Notes under the pieces: model-generated
What the model saw: the letters and a program-made list of their open reading frames with translations, nothing else
The model's database searches: none
What the model was told of the DNA's origin: nothing
Assembly: GCA_005881235.1 (NCBI GenBank)
Contig: VBEQ01000207.1
Coordinates: 1-39,456 of the forward strand
Source: Chloroflexota bacterium
GTDB lineage: Bacteria; Chloroflexota; Dormibacteria; CF-121
DNA length: 39,456 nt
Direction of reading: 5' to 3'
Translations under genes and position numbers: made by a program
Shown here: positions 19,610 to 28,209 of the stretch, piece after piece
Position numbering within the stretch: the stretch's first letter is position 1
Layout: each line of letters opens with the position of its first letter

Positions 19610-21157
19610 CTACCCCGCTAGCCGGTAAATCCGGATCTGTGGGCCAGGCCTGACCCACCCTTCATATCCGGCAAGCGGAACATAGTAGGTGTCGATCGGG
19701 TCGAAGACGCTCTCCGGACATCCGTTCGTCGGTGAAAAGCTCGCAAGCGGTGGTCCCTGCGCGCGCAGCGCCTGCTCGAGTGGGCTGAGCGTCGCGCACC
19801 CGGTGCCGGGGGTTTCATAGCCGACGACCACATAGGAAATCCCCTCATTCCGAAAACTATCCAGCGATGTCAGCTGCAGGTCATCGCGCGTCAACTCACG
19901 GATGGTGTACTGGGTCTCGAGCCGGCTGTCGAGGAAGGACGCGATATAGGGGTCCGTCGCCCCGTGGCTGTGCTCGCCGCTGTCGATCATCGCCTGGTCG
20001 TGGGCCGGACCGGCCATGTAAGGTACCGCGGCCCTGCCGCCGGCAGGCACGTGGTGGGCCAGCCAGTCGAAGGCGAGGGTGCGGGTGTCGGTCTGCTGAA
20101 TCAAGAGGTCGTAACGGACATCGTGAACAAGCGGCGCGACGGCGATCAGGACGAACGCGACGCCCAGCGCCAGTCGCCGCGTCCGACCCGGCGCGGTCCG
20201 ATGGACCAATGCGGCCAGAGCGCGACCGCCGAGCAGCAGCAGCAACGGAATCATCGGGTCGGCATAGCGCAGAAAGACCGAGCGGCCGGCACCCATCAAC
20301 AGGAAGTAGACGAGCAGGAACGTCAGGATGATCCAGTCGGCCGGTTGCCGTTGCCATGCTGCATAGGCAACGCCAATGACCGCCAGCAGCACAAGCACGG
20401 GATCGATGCCAAACCACAGCGCGACGCTCAGTTGCACCCAACCGATCGCGGGTGCGGTCGCCCGCCCCAGGTGCTGAAAGATGTAGCCGATGCCATGCTG
20501 GGTCATTCCTGGATCAAGCACGAGGAACGGGGAGGTGAGTGCCAGGGTGACGATGCCGAGGACGCCAATCAACGCCAGCCGGGCCAGCAGCCGCGGCCAT
20601 CGGAGGCGCTCCGCGCGCGCCCGCAACGTTTGGGCGGCGGCGATCCCCGCGAAGACGAGGGCGCCGTTGTACTTCAGGCTCGCCGCCACGCCGAGGGTGA
20701 TCCCGTTGATCAGGAGCGGCCGGAAGCCGCGCGCCTGCAGCATGCGGTAGGCGACGTACATCGCCGCGACACAGGCGAGGCTCAGCGGGATGTCGAGCGT
20801 CCCGAAATGGCTGTCGCGGACGTGGAGGAAGGCGACCGCCAGCGCCGCCGCCCCGAAGAACCCCGCGAGCCATCCGTAGGCGCGCCGTCCGAACTCGAAG
20901 ACGATCAGCACCGTGAGACTGCCGAGCAGCGCATCGAGGACGCGAACGCCGAGATAGCCCGACGCCGGATCGGAGACCAGGCCCACCAGACGAAATGGCG
21001 CCAGCCAGGCGGCTGCGACATAGAAGTAGAGATGCGGCCAGTCGGCGAAGTGGGGGTTCAGGACGCCATGCAAGATGCCCATCGCCCGACCGACCGTGAC
21101 GTCCTCGTCCGGTCGATACAGAGCTGGCAGCCCGAAGTTGATCCCCCACAGCCGCAA
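19610..21157 (-). CDS. Glycosyltransferase family 39 / ArnT-like membrane glycosyltransferase (start uncertain)
   Basis: 515 aa, polytopic, with an N-terminal ..RLWGINFGLP...PDED.. loop typical of PMT_2/GT39 enzymes and a large C-terminal soluble domain. The first canonical start is the TTG at 21157, but an in-frame hydrophobic helix is encoded upstream without any ATG/GTG/TTG. Confidence 0.72.
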   Translation of the reverse strand: MRLWGINFGLPALYRPDEDVTVGRAMGILHGVLNPHFADWPHLYFYVAAAWLAPFRLVGLVSDPASGYLGVRVLDALLGSLTVLIVFEFGRRAYGWLAGFFGAAALAVAFLHVRDSHFGTLDIPLSLACVAAMYVAYRMLQARGFRPLLINGITLGVAASLKYNGALVFAGIAAAQTLRARAERLRWPRLLARLALIGVLGIVTLALTSPFLVLDPGMTQHGIGYIFQHLGRATAPAIGWVQLSVALWFGIDPVLVLLAVIGVAYAAWQRQPADWIILTFLLVYFLLMGAGRSVFLRYADPMIPLLLLLGGRALAALVHRTAPGRTRRLALGVAFVLIAVAPLVHDVRYDLLIQQTDTRTLAFDWLAHHVPAGGRAAVPYMAGPAHDQAMIDSGEHSHGATDPYIASFLDSRLETQYTIRELTRDDLQLTSLDSFRNEGISYVVVGYETPGTGCATLSPLEQALRAQGPPLASFSPTNGCPESVFDPIDTYYVPLAGYEGWVRPGPQIRIYRLAG

Positions 21158-21221
21158 CCCGGCGGCGATGACAACCAGTCCGGCGACCGCGCCGGCGGCG
21201 AAGCGGGGCGGGCGGTTCGGG

Positions 21222-22220
21222 TTAGCTGCCGACGAGGTCCGGCCGGGTAGGGCCGTAGATGTCGACCGGCACGGCCGTGGGCTCGTGCTTCTTCGCTTCC
21301 AGCTTCTTCACCGCATCGATGGCGGCGGTCGTCGCATCGCCGACAGCCGTCGTGATCTGTCGGGTCAGCTGCGACCGAACGTCGCCGGCGGCGTAGACGC
21401 CTGGCAGGCTCGTCTGCATCGTCGAGTCGGTCACCAGGAATCCGAGCGGGTCGTGCTCGACGTGCTCTCGATGATCGAAGAACTGGACGTTCGGCTGAAA
21501 GCCGATGAAGACGAAGAGCCCGGTGACCTTCAGTGGCCGGCTCTGCCCCGTGACCACGTCTTTCAGCGTGACCTCTTTCACCTGGCCGTCCTCACCCTTG
21601 ACCTCGGTGACGGTCGTGTTGGTGATCAGCTCGACCTTAGGGTTCTTGCGTGCCGCCTCGACGAGGATGGCCTGGGCGCGAAAGTGCTCGCGGCGGTGGA
21701 CGATGTAGACCTTCTTTGCGTAGCGGGTCAGAAAGACGCCCTCCTCGAGCGCCGCGTCGCCGCCGCCGACCACGGCGACCTCTTCCTCCTTGAAGAAGGC
21801 CCCGTCACACACGGCGCATTGCGAAACGCCGCGCCCCTGGAACTCGCTCTCACCCGGGATGCCGAGCTTCTTGGGCTCCCCGCCCGCCGTCAGGATGATG
21901 TAGTTCGCCGTGTACTCCCCGTCCTCGGTCTCCACGACGTGCTGCACGCCTCGGCGGCGGATACCGGTGACCCGGACCGTCTCCAGGTCGACGCCGAACT
22001 TGACGGCCTGGTCGGCCATGCGCTGGGCCAGTTCCGGCCCGGTGATGTGATCGAACCCCGGGTAGTCCTCGATCGCCTCGGTGTTGAGCAGCTGGCCGCC
22101 CGGAGCGCCGCGCTCGAGCACCACGGTTTTGACCCGCGCTCGTCCGGCGTACAGGGCGGCGGTCAAGCCGGCCGGCCCAGCGCCGATGATGACCACGTCG
22201 TACTGGCGGTCTTTTTGCAT
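21222..22220 (-). CDS. trxB: Thioredoxin-disulfide reductase
   Basis: [15 protein letters not shown] motif, redox-active CAVCDG, second dinucleotide fold [14 protein letters not shown] chose the ATG at 22220 because the codons upstream (to 22238 or 22274) are AT-rich at position 3. The C-terminus has a tail of about 25 aa beyond the usual TrxB end. Confidence 0.9.
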   Translation of the reverse strand: MQKDRQYDVVIIGAGPAGLTAALYAGRARVKTVVLERGAPGGQLLNTEAIEDYPGFDHITGPELAQRMADQAVKFGVDLETVRVTGIRRRGVQHVVETEDGEYTANYIILTAGGEPKKLGIPGESEFQGRGVSQCAVCDGAFFKEEEVAVVGGGDAALEEGVFLTRYAKKVYIVHRREHFRAQAILVEAARKNPKVELITNTTVTEVKGEDGQVKEVTLKDVVTGQSRPLKVTGLFVFIGFQPNVQFFDHREHVEHDPLGFLVTDSTMQTSLPGVYAAGDVRSQLTRQITTAVGDATTAAIDAVKKLEAKKHEPTAVPVDIYGPTRPDLVGS

Positions 22221-22329
22221 CGCTTGCGAAGCTCCCATGTTATCTAAGCCTGATCCCAACTCCAGTATTCCCAAATTCGCCTCGCCTGAACGAGCGGGCC
22301 AGGCCGGCGCGCGTCGTAACCCTGGGCGG

Positions 22330-22337
22330 TATATAAC
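22330..22337 (+). promoter_or_regulatory. Possible -10 element (TATATAAC) upstream of the ECF sigma gene
   Basis: It is the only AT-rich octamer in the 128-nt trxB/sigma divergent spacer and ends 11 nt before the ATG at 22349. No convincing -35 was found. Confidence 0.2.
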
Positions 22338-22348
22338 TGCGGAAGTGG

Positions 22349-22912
22349 ATGCCTGAGGAGCATAGGACCGGCACAGCGGCGTTCGCTTCCTCCGGAAAGG
22401 TCGTGGCGCTGCCCCAGGCGGACCCGACCCACGGTCCGGACCATGTCACCTGGGCCTATCAGACGCATGTCACAGCCATCTACCAGTACATCTACAGCCG
22501 AGTCGGGAACCGCCCGGACGCCGAGGACCTCACCGCCCAGGTGTTCATGAAGGCGATCAGTGGCATGCGCAGCGATGTCTCGGTCCCGGAGTTGCGCAGC
22601 TGGCTCTACCGGGTGGCGCAGACGACCCTGGCCGACCACTGGCGCGAGTACTACGCCGAGGACACCGGCGAGCTCGACGACGACGTGACCCGGCCGCCCG
22701 CCCCTCGCGAGAATCCGGAGGCCGTGCTGCGGGTGGACTCTCTGCTCGCCACCCTCCCCGAGAGTTACCGGCGGGTGCTGGAGCTCCGCTTCTTGCGCGG
22801 CTACTCCGTGCGCGAAACGGCGCAGGAGCTCAACCTCAGCGAGACCAACGTCAAAGTGTTGCAGTTCCGGGCGCTCAACCGCGCCGGGCGCGACCGCGGG
22901 AGGGCGACGTGA
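22349..22912 (+). CDS. ECF-type RNA polymerase sigma-70 family factor
   Basis: 187 aa. Region 2 (..[26 protein letters not shown]..) and region 4 (..[37 protein letters not shown]..). The stop overlaps the next gene's GTG (GTGA). Confidence 0.88.
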   Translation: MPEEHRTGTAAFASSGKVVALPQADPTHGPDHVTWAYQTHVTAIYQYIYSRVGNRPDAEDLTAQVFMKAISGMRSDVSVPELRSWLYRVAQTTLADHWREYYAEDTGELDDDVTRPPAPRENPEAVLRVDSLLATLPESYRRVLELRFLRGYSVRETAQELNLSETNVKVLQFRALNRAGRDRGRAT

Positions 22913-23580
22913 ACGACGATCCCGAGCAGCTCGACAAGCACGTCGAGGACCTGCTGCAGGACCGCCGGCCGGAGCGAACCCCGCTCGCCGATGAGGCTGC
23001 GCTTCGGGCTCGCCAGACCGCCGCCATGCTCCGGGCCGCCAAGCCAGGAGCCGGTCTCCCGTCGAAAGAGTTCCTGGAGCGCATGCAGGGATCGATTCAC
23101 GAATGGGTTGACGAACGCTCGGCGCGGCCGCAGCCCGCGGTACGCCCCAGTCGCCGGTCGCTGCTGCTGACGGGGGCCGCCGGCATCGCCGCCGGGGTGG
23201 CGGCCGCCGTTGGCATCGATCGGCTTGCGACGCACCCGGCGCCGGCCGCGAACCAGCAGCTGGTCGAAAACGGGAGCTGGAAAGCGGTCAAAGCCCTATC
23301 CGAGCTGCCCGAGGCGACGCCGGTCGCGTTCCGCGCCGGGGCCATCGAGGGATTTCTGATCCGGCACGGGCAGGAAGTCAAAGGCCTCTCCGCGGTCTGC
23401 ACCCACATGGGATGCATCCTCAACTACAGCAAGTTCCGCGATCAGTTCGAGTGCCCCTGTCACGGCGCGACGTTCAAGAAGAACGGGCAGGCAACCGACC
23501 AGTACGACACACCGCTGCCGACACTGCCCTCGTTGCAAGTGCGGATCCAGCGCGGCCAGGTCGAGGTCTACACGGTCTAG
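22909..23580 (+). CDS. Membrane-anchored Rieske (2Fe-2S) domain protein with ~80-aa cytoplasmic N-terminal extension; candidate anti-sigma factor
   Basis: 223 aa. Acidic/helical N-terminus, twin-arginine motif SRRSLLL plus a hydrophobic stretch, then Rieske boxes CTHMGC and CPCHG. Confidence 0.85.
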   Translation: MNDDPEQLDKHVEDLLQDRRPERTPLADEAALRARQTAAMLRAAKPGAGLPSKEFLERMQGSIHEWVDERSARPQPAVRPSRRSLLLTGAAGIAAGVAAAVGIDRLATHPAPAANQQLVENGSWKAVKALSELPEATPVAFRAGAIEGFLIRHGQEVKGLSAVCTHMGCILNYSKFRDQFECPCHGATFKKNGQATDQYDTPLPTLPSLQVRIQRGQVEVYTV

Positions 23581-23607
23581 CCGTAACCGTCCCGCGTACC
23601 CACATCC

Positions 23608-24096
23608 ATGATTGCATCGATCACGCGTGTGGGCTGGGCGGCCGCTATGGTGGCGAGCGCCGCGCTTCTTCTCGCTGCCTGTGGCGGCACCAGTTCCGGC
23701 ACGGCGGCGACCGCCTCACCGTCGGCATCGGCTACGCCGACACCATCGCCAACAGCAGGAGCGGCGCCCGTCGTCCTGGCGCAAAACGTCGGCACGATGG
23801 GGACGATCCTCGTGGCCGCCTCAAACAACCACACGGTCTATACCTTCGACAGCGACACCCCGGGCGTCAGCAAGTGCAGCGGCGGCTGCGCGACAACCTG
23901 GCCACCACTGACGGTCCCCGCAGGGACGACGCCGACCGCCGGTCCTGGAGTGACCGGTCAATTGGGCACGATCACGCGCAGCGACGGCTCGCTCCAGGTG
24001 ACCTACAAGGGCATGCCGCTCTACTTTTTCCACAGCGACGCAAAGGCGGGCGACACCATGGGCAACTACACCGGCTGGAGCCTCGTCAAGCCTTAA
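23608..24096 (+). CDS. COG4315-type lipoprotein (secreted repeat of unknown function, PF03640-like)
   Basis: 162 aa. Lipobox LLLAAC and a Ser/Thr/Ala/Pro linker. ..TVYTFDSDTPGVSKCSGGCATTWPPL.. and ..QVTYKGMPLYFFHSDAKAGDTMG.. are the two typical repeats. Confidence 0.8.
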   Translation: MIASITRVGWAAAMVASAALLLAACGGTSSGTAATASPSASATPTPSPTAGAAPVVLAQNVGTMGTILVAASNNHTVYTFDSDTPGVSKCSGGCATTWPPLTVPAGTTPTAGPGVTGQLGTITRSDGSLQVTYKGMPLYFFHSDAKAGDTMGNYTGWSLVKP

Positions 24097-24161
24097 CAGC
24101 CGACGTCGATGATTCGGCGCCGCGTCCGGCCAGGCCCGGGTAGGCTTGTTGCTGGAAGCAA

Positions 24162-24629
24162 ATGAGTGGTACGCCGCGCGCAGTTTCGATTGACATCGGG
24201 GTGCAATGGGAAGCAGGTGCGCCGATGCCGCACCTCCTAATCGGCCTTCGTACATTTCTCTTGTTCTACGCGAGGGCGGGTGGAGAGGATCCGGCGGAGG
24301 ATCGCATTGGGTTGCTGGAGATTGTCGGCTGCGCGGCGGCTCGCTACGGTCCACCAAATGATGAAGCCCTGGAGAACCACCCCCTTTGGGGCAATGGGCT
24401 GGGCTTCTACGCCGCTCATCAGGTCGAAAACTCGTCGTGGCTGCCTGAATGGCGTGAGCTCGCACTTATTAAGGGCGCGCAGGCTTCAGCTTTGCCGCAG
24501 GAATTGCGCCACTTCATCTTTACCTTTCACGACGAAACGGTTGAGGTTCTGGCTCACGACCTTAACGCAGAAGTCTTTAGCGGGAGCATGACCGAGGCTC
24601 TTCAGGAGGCGTGTCGCCGACTGGCCTAA
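24162..24629 (+). CDS. Conserved-looking hypothetical cytoplasmic protein
   Basis: 155 aa with no TM helix or signal peptide. The segments ..GPPNDEALENHPLWGNGL..YAAHQVENSSWL.. and ..RHFIFTFHDETVEVLA.. recall an uncharacterised actinobacterial family; I cannot name it. Codon position 3 is clearly less GC-rich than in flanking genes. Confidence 0.55.
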   Translation: MSGTPRAVSIDIGVQWEAGAPMPHLLIGLRTFLLFYARAGGEDPAEDRIGLLEIVGCAAARYGPPNDEALENHPLWGNGLGFYAAHQVENSSWLPEWRELALIKGAQASALPQELRHFIFTFHDETVEVLAHDLNAEVFSGSMTEALQEACRRLA

Positions 24630-24726
24630 CCGTTGGCCGCCCTTAGCGGCTACAGATCGGCGGTCTCGGCCTGCAGCCTAGGGAGCGTTTCGGGTACGCT
24701 CGGCCCAGTCCATGGGAGGGGTGGCC

Positions 24727-27700
24727 ATGTTGGTCTGCTCGCGATGCGGCGCCGAGAACCGGCCGGGACGCAAGTTCTGTGCCCAATGCGCCGCGGGCCT
24801 GGCGATCTCGTGTCCCTCCTGCGCTGCGGCAAACCAGCCGGGCGAGAGGTTTTGCGGTGAGTGCGGCGCCCCTCTCGCTGAAGCCGTGCTCGCCGGCGAG
24901 ATCGTCATTCCGGCCACCGAGCGCCGGCTGGTTTCGGTTCTGTTCGCCGACCTGGTCGGTTTCACCGGCCTGTCGGATAGCCGGGATCCCGAAGAGGTGC
25001 GGGAACTTCTCACACGATACTTCGATACCGCACGCAAGGTCATCGCCCGCTACGGCGGGACGGTCGATAAGTTCATCGGGGATGCCGTGGTCGCTGTCTG
25101 GGGAACACCCGCGGCGCATGAAGACGACGCGGAGCGAGCGGTCCGCGCGGCCCTCGACCTGATCGACGGTGTCACCGCGTTGGGGTCGGGCAATGGTCAA
25201 CAGCCGCTCGCGCTGCGAGCGGCGATCGGGACCGGTCCGGCGGCCGTTCTGGTCGGAGCGACTGGCCAGGGGATGGTTGCCGGCGACATGGTCAACACGG
25301 CGTCGCGCCTGCAGGCGGCGGCGTCACCAGGCACGGTTGTCGTCGATGAGGCTACCTATCGAATCGCCGGCCGCGCGATTGCGTTCGAGACGGTCGGCGA
25401 CCAGAGTCTGAAAGGCAAAGCACTGGCGGTGCCGGCGTGGCGCGCGCTGCGCGTGGTGGCCGGCCGCCGCGGCTTGCTGCGAGCCGAGGGACTCGAGCCG
25501 CCCTTCGTTGGCCGCGACAGCGAACTTCGCCTTCTCAAGGAACTGTTACACGCCACACAGACGGAACGGAGGGCCCGTCTTCTCTCGATTATTGGTCAGG
25601 CCGGCATTGGCAAGTCGCGCCTTGCATGGGAGTTCCAGAAATACGTCGATGGCCTGGTCAGCGACGTGTACTGGCATCAGGGCCGGTCGCCCGCATACGG
25701 CGACGGGATCACCTTCTGGGCACTAGGCGAGATGCTTCGGCAGCGGTGCGGCATAGCCGAAACCGATGACGCCTCGACCAGTCGTGAGCGCCTTGCCGAA
25801 ACGCTCGACCGGTTCGTGACCGATGAGGGTGAACGTGCCTGGCTGGCGCCAGCACTTAGCGCCCTGCTCGGTCTCGAGCCGGCGCCGCAGGGCTCGCGCG
25901 AGGAATTGCTTGCCGCGTGGAGAACCTTCTTCGAACGCATCAGTGACCGCGGGCCCACTGTCATGGTTTTCGAGGAGCTGCATTGGGCCGACCAGGGCCT
26001 CCTCGACTTCATCGAGTACCTCCTGGAATGGAGCCGGGCTCACCCCATCCTCATCGTCACCCTGGCTCGACGGGAGCTCCTCGAACGGCGACCGACCTGG
26101 GGAGCCGGCCAGCGCAACTTCACTGCCCTGCAACTCGAGCCTCTTTCGGCGGATTCCATGACCAGGATTCTCAACGGCCTCGCCGGCGGCCTGCCTGATG
26201 CGGTTGCCCGCCAGATCCTCGAGCGGGCTGAAGGCATTCCGCTGTACGCCGTCGAGATCGTCCGGATGTTGCTTGGCGATGGTCGCCTGACCCAGGGCCA
26301 GGGCTCCTATCGCCTCACCGCCGATGTCTCTCGTCTGGAAGTTCCAGCCACGCTGCAGTCGTTGATCGCGGCCCGGATTGACGGTCTTTCGAAAGACGAG
26401 CGCGCGGTGATTCAGCATGCCTCCGTGCTCGGTCAGTCTTTCACGGTCGATGGCCTGCTGGCGCTGACCGGCATTGGTCCTGAGCAGCTCGATGCCGTGC
26501 TCCACATGCTGGTCAAAAAGGAACTCCTTGCGCTCGACTCCAACCCGCGTTCCCCTGAACGCGGCCAGTACAAGTTCGTGCAGGGCCTGCTCCGACAGGT
26601 CGCCCACGAGACGTTGAGCAAACGCGAGCGGCGGGAACGACACCTGGCGGTAGCGCATTACCTCGAGGGACTTGCTGACGATGAACTCTCCGGTGTGGTC
26701 GCCAGCCATTACCTGGATGCTTTCCGCGCAGCGGTTGCTGGTGCCGAGGCGGATGCTCTTGCGGCCCATGCTGGGGAGGCTCTCCGGGCCGCGGCCGATC
26801 GTGCCGCCGCCCTTCACTCACATGATCAGGCGTTCACCTACCTGGAGCAGGCTCTGACGGTGACTACCGATGAGTCAGAGCGCGCTGCCATCCTGGAACG
26901 GGCTGCGGTATCGGCGCGGGCGATCGGGCGGGATTCAGTTGCCGAAGACTACCTCGGGCGCGCAATGGCTCGTTACCAAGAAGTCGGCGACCTCGAGAGT
27001 GTCGCGCGGGCGGCTACGGCGCTCGCAAACCTGCTGACGACTGCAGGAAACAGCGAGCAGGCCATTGCGCTCCTGCAATCGGTGCGTCTTCCGGTCGAAG
27101 AATCCAACGCCGCCGTTGTCGCGCTCAATGCTGAACTGGCACGGGCCTTCATGATCCATTTCGACAGCGCGCTGGCCGCGGAATACGCTGACCGCGCGTT
27201 GATGGCGGCCCATCAACCTGACTTGATGCCGGTCATCGTTGAGGCCCTCATCACCAAGGGCTGTGCGCTCGGGCAAATGGGACACCGCTATCGGGAAGCG
27301 CAGGCTGTGCTGGCCGGGGCGATGTGGCTGGCGCAGCGTCAGGCACTGGTGCTATCCGAAATCCGCGCCCGCATCAATCTCGCGGTTTTCCTCAGCACCG
27401 ATGATCCGCGCCTCGCGTTAGATCTCACGCGTACGGCCCTGGACCTTGCCCGGCGGTTGGGGCACCGGAGCCTTGCGAACAGGCTTGGTTCGGATGCTGC
27501 CTGGTACGCCTTTCGCACCGGTGATTGGGATTGGGCCTCGCGTCTGCTCGACGAACTCGAAGAGGCTGAGAACGCGATCGCCACCTACGAGCAACTCCTG
27601 AATCGTGCAATCTACCGGGCGAACCGCGGCGATCGGTCGGCTGCTGAAGGTCTCCTGGACAGCGCCGAGGAACGCATACGGGGATCGACCAATCCTGAGG

Positions 27701-28209
27701 GCGCCGAGGGCCTAACCACGGTCCGCGTCTTTGTCGCCGTCGCGACCGCTCAAATGGAGAAGGCCTATGAGATGGCAATGAGATCAGCACCAACGATGCA
27801 AAATCGCGCCTTCCGAGGACAGACCCTCGATGAGGCCTGCCACGCGGCGCTCGCGTTGAGAGATGCAACACGGACGCACGCTGCGCTGCGAGAACTCGAT
27901 GCGCTGGGCAACCCGGGCACATGGTTGCAGACGAGCAAGCAAGCCCACCGTGCCGGGCTGGCGCTGCTGGAGGGGCGGATTGACGAGGGTCTGGCGGGCT
28001 ACCGCATCGCACTGGCCGGCTGGCGAGAGCTCGGCGTGACCCGCGACCTCGGTCTCTGCCTGCTCGACCTCGCTGCATTGGTCGGCACCGATCACCCCGA
28101 CGGTCGGGCCGCGGCCGAGGAGGCGCGCCAGATCTTCACCCGCCTCAATGCCGCGCCGGCCCTCGAGCGTCTCGAGGCCCTATCGGGCCAGGTTGCGGTC
28201 GCACGCTGA
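24727..28209 (+). CDS. Double zinc-ribbon / class III adenylate-guanylate cyclase / AAA (AAA_16, STAND-like) ATPase / TPR-like repeat protein
   Basis: The ATG at 24727 is preceded by GGGAGGGG; ORF track start 24712 is the alternative. CSRCGAEN..CAQCA..CPSCAAAN..CGECG zinc ribbons, VSVLFADLVGFT cyclase core, GQAGIGKSRL Walker A, then a long helical repeat C-terminus. Confidence 0.9.
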   Translation: MLVCSRCGAENRPGRKFCAQCAAGLAISCPSCAAANQPGERFCGECGAPLAEAVLAGEIVIPATERRLVSVLFADLVGFTGLSDSRDPEEVRELLTRYFDTARKVIARYGGTVDKFIGDAVVAVWGTPAAHEDDAERAVRAALDLIDGVTALGSGNGQQPLALRAAIGTGPAAVLVGATGQGMVAGDMVNTASRLQAAASPGTVVVDEATYRIAGRAIAFETVGDQSLKGKALAVPAWRALRVVAGRRGLLRAEGLEPPFVGRDSELRLLKELLHATQTERRARLLSIIGQAGIGKSRLAWEFQKYVDGLVSDVYWHQGRSPAYGDGITFWALGEMLRQRCGIAETDDASTSRERLAETLDRFVTDEGERAWLAPALSALLGLEPAPQGSREELLAAWRTFFERISDRGPTVMVFEELHWADQGLLDFIEYLLEWSRAHPILIVTLARRELLERRPTWGAGQRNFTALQLEPLSADSMTRILNGLAGGLPDAVARQILERAEGIPLYAVEIVRMLLGDGRLTQGQGSYRLTADVSRLEVPATLQSLIAARIDGLSKDERAVIQHASVLGQSFTVDGLLALTGIGPEQLDAVLHMLVKKELLALDSNPRSPERGQYKFVQGLLRQVAHETLSKRERRERHLAVAHYLEGLADDELSGVVASHYLDAFRAAVAGAEADALAAHAGEALRAAADRAAALHSHDQAFTYLEQALTVTTDESERAAILERAAVSARAIGRDSVAEDYLGRAMARYQEVGDLESVARAATALANLLTTAGNSEQAIALLQSVRLPVEESNAAVVALNAELARAFMIHFDSALAAEYADRALMAAHQPDLMPVIVEALITKGCALGQMGHRYREAQAVLAGAMWLAQRQALVLSEIRARINLAVFLSTDDPRLALDLTRTALDLARRLGHRSLANRLGSDAAWYAFRTGDWDWASRLLDELEEAENAIATYEQLLNRAIYRANRGDRSAAEGLLDSAEERIRGSTNPEGAEGLTTVRVFVAVATAQMEKAYEMAMRSAPTMQNRAFRGQTLDEACHAALALRDATRTHAALRELDALGNPGTWLQTSKQAHRAGLALLEGRIDEGLAGYRIALAGWRELGVTRDLGLCLLDLAALVGTDHPDGRAAAEEARQIFTRLNAAPALERLEALSGQVAVAR

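Noticed and set aside
22287-22315. An ECF-type autoregulatory promoter upstream of the sigma gene (TGAAC ... CGTC).
   Set aside because: The spacing between the two elements is 20 nt, not the roughly 16-17 nt typical of ECF promoters. Both motifs are short and likely to occur by chance in GC-rich DNA.
24636-24650. A hairpin GCCGC-CCTTA-GCGGC after the 155-aa ORF, considered as a terminator.
   Set aside because: The stem is only 5-7 bp and no T-tract follows. The downstream cyclase gene starts within 80 nt and may be co-transcribed.
24727-28209. The cyclase-containing STAND protein as an anti-phage system (Pycsar/CBASS/Avs-like).
   Set aside because: There is no adjacent cyclic-nucleotide-binding effector, nuclease, TIR or pore-forming gene. 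The zinc-ribbon/cyclase/AAA_16/TPR architecture is a common signalling protein type in high-GC bacteria. Nothing in the sequence supports a defence role.
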